A stretch of DNA of 54,623 bases, the filler included, from Diploschistes diacapsis (taxonomy: Eukaryota): the NCBI GenBank assembly GCA_023645945.1. It is 5 parts of 5 records of this genome, joined end to end, with 100 filler letters (N's around TTAATTAATTAA, not from the genome) between each part and the next. Parts side by side here need not be neighbours in the genome. Positions count along the whole stretch, not along the records: positions 43,795 to 54,623 come from JALAIB010000885.1; 4 more parts are not named here. The stretch is one strand, 5' to 3'. Below, piece after piece: positions 49,500 through 54,623 of the stretch (positions are counted from its first letter, which is position 1; each line of letters begins with the position of its first letter). The notes under the pieces were generated by a model that saw only the letters and a list, made by a program, of their open reading frames with translations, had not been told where the DNA came from and made no database searches. The position numbers and the translations under genes were made by a program.

Positions 49500-51204
49500 A
49501 GCGCGTCTCGGGTTGCCTGTCCTTTACTGTATGCGATCCGCTTTCTTCAGCTGCTATACGCTAATATTAGTGGCGACCGCGACCCTAGCAGGGCAGAGAA
49601 TGCTTTAATGGAATGCTCTTTTGTATGGACATTGGTACCCTGCAGGCGTTCGTGAAGTACGGTTTTGTGCATCCGTATGGCCCAACTCCCTTCACTGACT
49701 GTGGACCTCAGGCTCTTCGGCTTTAATAGGGAACAAAATCGCCGCTGCCAACCTGTCAGCTAACATTGTATCCGTTATGCGAGTCGGTGCATTCGCCAGA
49801 GCTTTGATCGCTTCTCCCCATTCCGATAGATGGGGACGAAAGCCAGGCCTCTTGGGGGCCATATCCAAAGTAGTTTCAAGCGGCCAGCTGGCTGTGATGC
49901 ACATTGGAAGGCCGATACCTGCAGAGTGCTAGCAGTACCAGAGCCACGTTGACTCGACGCCGGTTTATCGCCTGTCTCGGTTCGGGTGCGGCAATGATGC
50001 TTACGTCAATTTATGTGTCGGAAAACTCTCCTCGTGGCTTACGCGGCGCCTTGACCGGCTTTTACCAACTTTTTGAACAATAGTGGCTATGATTTCCTTC
50101 TGAATCAACTTTGGCGCGGAACTTAACATCAGCGGCAACGCAAGCTGGATCGTCCCAATCTCAATGAAGCCATACCCGCGCTGCCTCTATCCCTCGGCAT
50201 GCTTTTCTACGACGAATCGCCACGGTTCCTAATCAAGCAAGACAATTGGGACGAAGCTAGCTGCGTCCTCGCCAAAGTCAGAAATCTACCCGTGCAGCGT
50301 CCTTTTGTCTAGGCGGAGCTGCACGAAACGCAGGCACAACTTGAGGAAGAGCGAGCGCTAGTGCAAGGGTCAAGCTGGCAGGATATCCAAAGGGAGACAT
50401 AGCTCGTGCCCGCCAACAGGAAGTGCGCCTTGATGAGTACCTTAATGATTTGCCAGCAGATGATAGGTATGTGCCTTAAGGAGCATCCCTTGAGGACAAG
50501 GATATTCTAACAGTAGTCAGGTACAAACGCCATCAACTATTATGCCCCAACCATCTTCACTGCGCTTGGCATCAATGGTGAAGCAACTCCCCCTTTCCTA
50601 TAAGTGTGTACGGCATCTGTAAGGCTGAGGGCTGCGCTACGTTTCTGTTGTTCTTCGCAGATACCGTCGACCGGAGAAAATCGTTGATGCGGTCCGGAGT
50701 TCAATGGCGATTGCTATGTTCTACCTTGGCTTCTACGTGCGCGTCGACCCACCCTCAACCAAGCAGGCCGTGCCCCAAGCCGGCTACGTCGCCTTGGTCA
50801 TGGTATACGTCTATGCCGTGCGCTTTCAGCTTAGCTAGGGACCCACCTGCTGGATCTATGTCGTGGATATCACTGCATCGCATCTGCGCGGGTTCAACGT
50901 CGCGCTGGCCGCTTCCATGTAATGGCTCTTCGACTTTGTCGTGGCGTACGTAACGCCCGTCATGCTGCTCAGGGTCGGCAGCGCCGGGTACGGGACGTAC
51001 TTTATCTTTTCCTCTTTCTACTAGGTCACGGTGGTTTTTGTATATTTCTTTTGCCCCGAAACCAAGGGCCTGTCGTTGGAGAGGATGGACGAGCTCTTCG
51101 GAGCTGCTGGTTTCAGGGACGTGGAAGATGTGGGTGTTCCCGCGCAGCATGCGGTGGCTAAGAAGGGACATGACGAACAGTTCGAGACTATCGAGCGGGC
51201 TTGA
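49500..51204 (+). pseudogene. Sugar porter / quinate permease-like MFS pseudogene
   Basis: Fragments [75 protein letters not shown] and PETKGLSLERMDELFG, interrupted by many stops and frameshifts. The 5' boundary is approximate. Confidence 0.88.
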
Positions 51205-51950
51205 TCCGTTCTCTAAGATTCTCTAAACAACTGCTGGAATGCTCCACTTAGGTTATGTGGGGATAAAGGTAAAAGGCAAGGATTAAGGCGCTTGGCGCTA
51301 AAACATGCGAGACCATCGAACACGGCTGGAGGTTGTAGAGATATTGAATGAATCATGAAACATATTTTCCGCATTGTAGTCCAATAGCAATGGCTGTAGA
51401 CAGGACTCGATGCCGCGTTATTCTTGCGCCAATTGATTCCGGGCTCTTCGATCAAAATCTAGACCGTATTGTATGCAGCGCAATAAAATCCACGATGCCT
51501 CTCAGAACGTTGTGCTACGCGTCTGCGAGGTTGGCGCCGCACGTGCGCCTTCATCAGAAGTCTTGCGCTTTTCTCTCTGAATCTATCGATAGTGAGATCC
51601 GATGTGACAGCTCCAAGCTTTTCGTAATATCCAATCTTTGGTCAATTGGCTTGTTCGTTGCTCCATTGCTCCATTGGGACTTGTGAAATTTCCGAAGTTA
51701 TTCGGCGCTGCTGAGAAAATTCATACGCCGTCAAAGTCATCAAGGTCCCCGAGAACAAATTCAGAGCGTTGAAGATTTCAAGATCAAGCCCTTAGGCCAG
51801 TCCTCTTTCTATGAATTCGCCTAACCTCGCTCGTACGTACTCTCTTTGACGCTTGTTTCGCCTATAGCATGCTTTTGCTTCCGAATCCAATTAATACTCT
51901 TCGAGGAAACGCAAAATCACACTTCCAAGCTTACGCTGCAAGCAGAAACA

Positions 51951-53792
51951 ATGTCTTCCGACAGCAGGGGGAAGACTAGCGACCACTTCAAGGAGAAGAG
52001 CGAGTTTCTAGACCACGTTGCCGATGCTAGCACTGCTATAGAGGTCGAGCAGGTGCACGTCGATCCCACCCTTAGCAGGCGAGTTACCCGCAAACTCGAC
52101 CGTCATCTTCTCCCATGGCTTTTCGGTCTGTGGTTTTTCGCCTTCCTCGAGCGAAGCAACATTGGTAATGCAAAGATCGATGGTCTCACCACGGACCTGC
52201 ACCTGGACGGCAACAAGTTCAACATTGCACTGGCTTGCTTCTACATCTTGTATATCTTGATCGATGTACCGAGCAACATCATCCTAAAGCGTGTAGGCGC
52301 CGGCCACTTCCTAACTTTCATCATGGTTTGCTGGGGGGTCGTCGGGACCTTCATGGGTCTTACTAAAAGCTACGCTGGGCTTGTCGTTTGCCGCCTCATC
52401 CTCGGTCTCTGTGAAGGCGGGCTCTTTGGCGGTATGATCCTCTACGTCTCTATGTTCTATCCCCGCCACCAGATGCTGCTGCGCTTGGGTCTCTGGTACT
52501 GCGCGGCTCCACTTTCCGGTGCAGCTGGTGGTCTTCTTGCTGCCGGTCTTTCACAGATTCACTACAGAGGGTACAACAGCTGGCCGTGGATTTTCATTAT
52601 CGAGGGGATCGTAACGACGCTGTACGGCGCTGTAGCGTTCTTTTTTCTGCCCCACACGCCATCACAGGCGAGGTTCTTTACGGAAGAGGAGCGTACGGCT
52701 GCGGTTCAGAGGCTGCGCGAAGATCTTCATGGGGCGGATCAGAAAGTTGCAGTTGATCATGAGAGGTTTTCGTGGAAATGGGTCATTATTATTTCTCGAT
52801 CGCTGTCAAGTGCAGCTGCTGATCTTGACAGTTCCGTATGGCGATTCTGAATATCAACACCATGCTCGACTGCTGGAACTTCTTCCTCATCTTGATCCCG
52901 TAAGCTCGTCTCGTGCTCTCAAGTTTGAGCCTGACAGTCTGCTAGCATCTACTCCTACTCCCTCTTTCTTCCTACAATCATCACCGGTCTTGGCTACAAA
53001 GGAGTCATTGCCCAACTCTTTACAGTCCCTCCAAACGTTCTAGGCTTCTTGAGCGTCATAGTTTGCACTTTTGCATCCGACAAGTACAAAGTCCGAGGCC
53101 CATTCATTATCGGTGGCTCTCTGCTTGCGATTGGCGGGTACATCATGCTCATTGCATCTTCTTCGCCGCACGTACAATATGGAGGGTGAGCCAGTCATGA
53201 AGGCATCTTGCACGTTTGTACTAATTGGTCCAAGCACCTTCCTCGTCGCAGCCGGGGTCTTCCAGAGCTCTCCTACCGTTTGCGCCTGGTCAGCATCATC
53301 TTATATAATCTTGCGTAGGTGGACTGATAGTGCCTTAGGTTAACGAACAATCTTGCTCCACACTATGTGCGCGCCACGGCCGGCGGTCTACAAGTCGCTA
53401 TCGGCAACTGTGCTGCCTTTGTTGCGACCTTTACTTATCTCAGCGCAGATGCGTATGGCTTCCCCCGCCCCCCATCTGTCCCGTTCCCTTGCCTCTCTTT
53501 TCCCCACCCCCAACTTCTATCCCTTCAATACGCTCTGAATACTTACTTCAACCCAATTTCTCCCACTTCTAAAGTCAATCACGCTAATTACTTGAGCAGT
53601 CCGCGCTACACTCAAGGTCACGCCATCAATATTGGGGCCCTTGGTCTTATTGTCATAACAACCTGTGTGACGATGGCGTACAACATGTGGGAGAACAAGC
53701 AGAGAGATTTAGGGAAGAGGGACCATCGGTTGAACGAGGAACCCGAGGAAGAGCTGGGATATCGACATCCGAGGTTTAGGTATACGATTTAG
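51951..53792 (+). CDS. MFS transporter, Dal5/Tna1 (allantoate/nicotinate permease) family, multi-exon
   Basis: RKLDRHLLP, ERSNIGNAKI, DVPSN, LGLCEGG, WPWIFIIEG, PIYSYSLFLPTII, WENKQRD and LGYRHPRFRY motifs. Confidence 0.92.
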
Positions 53793-54623
53793 GAGGAGCT
53801 GATAGTGCCGTTGGGGTTCATTCAGGATATTTGGATTGGCAATCTAGGGTTGTATAGGCAAAGTAATTCTTCGGTAACAAATATACGACTTTAATCAGGG
53901 GCTTTGCTGAAGGGTTAGATGTTGGCCCTGTTATACATGACTGCCCATATAGGCAAGAGGGTAGGTTTCTTACGCTCCTGGGAAGTGTTCTGGTGCTTGA
54001 AAAGCAATAGAATTGTAAGGTGCCATCAGCCAGCAAGGCTTTGTAATAGTGAGGCAATGTGAGACATGCTAATGTATATGTTCTACAATTTTGCTACCAG
54101 GCTAGCCTAACAAAGTCGAATTCTAACGAGTGCATCCTGAAATATGCTCTTTATGCGGCCTGAGCAATCTGCACCCCATTCGTGTACTAGTAATATACTC
54201 AACAAACTAAACAGAAACCCTAACCCTACCTCATCCACGTGCTCTAAAAGGGCCATTCACCACTATCTAGTTCTTCAAGAATAGCTACTCAACCCTTTTC
54301 CAAGGCCAATACCCTTCCTTTCTCAAGTATATCAAGACCACAGTCAATATTACCGTATAATCCCTGACCCAACAATCTTCTGATACACCCGCCGATCCCT
54401 CCCCCACGCAGCCTAGACACCTTACCGCACACCAGACCTCTCTTGTCTCCTCTGGCGCTGTCTAAAAGGATATCTGCTCCTCCTCCTCTACTCGTTCTTC
54501 CTCAGCCCTTCCCCAATACTTCCTCCTCCCACTCTCTCCAAGCCGCCAACTTACCGCGCCTGCCCATACCAAGTCCCATATCAGTACCCAAATCGACCCC
54601 CGCTGTGGCAATGGTCCCCCATC

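Noticed and set aside
49692..49904. Minus-strand 70-aa ORF as a gene
   Set aside because: Antisense shadow of the transporter pseudogene (ANLSANIVSV...DRWGRK on the + strand).
54215..54230. Telomeric repeat (CCCTAA)
   Set aside because: Under two full units and internal to the contig; expected by chance.
1..54623. tRNA, rRNA or snoRNA genes
   Set aside because: No cloverleaf or recognisable RNA-gene sequence seen by eye; tRNAscan-SE/Infernal would be needed to exclude them.

Overview
Eukaryotic, intron-containing filamentous ascomycete (Pezizomycotina) DNA. The window is not continuous. It is five unrelated ~10.8-kb contigs joined by an artificial 100-bp linker (N44-TTAATTAATTAA-N44), with lengths falling monotonically (10854, 10851, 10848, 10841, 10829 bp), so neighbourhood across linkers means nothing. 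Contig 1: 3' end of a RIP-decayed pogo/Fot1-like transposon, a decayed Ser/Thr-rich membrane-protein gene, a conserved hypothetical, QCR10, an Eps1-like PDI, TDP1, ACB1 and a partial cis-prenyltransferase. Contig 2: small CRIB-like protein, a bipartite minisatellite and HSE upstream of hsp88, a GT2 glycosyltransferase and partial scn1. Contig 3: partial HST4, MED16 and a VPS9-ankyrin-PX protein. Contig 4: cyclophilin, an intronless ~749-aa unknown protein and HMG1. Contig 5: a hypothetical, a divergent RPT2/UBC1 pair, a quinate-permease-like pseudogene and a Dal5/Tna1-family transporter. I see no convincing novel multi-gene system. The best leads are the cyclophilin presequence with no in-frame ATG, the orphan intronless gene, the stand-alone CRIB-like protein, the GT2 with a variant acceptor motif, and the hsp88 promoter repeat and in-frame intron. 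Family assignments come from motif recognition, not database searches.
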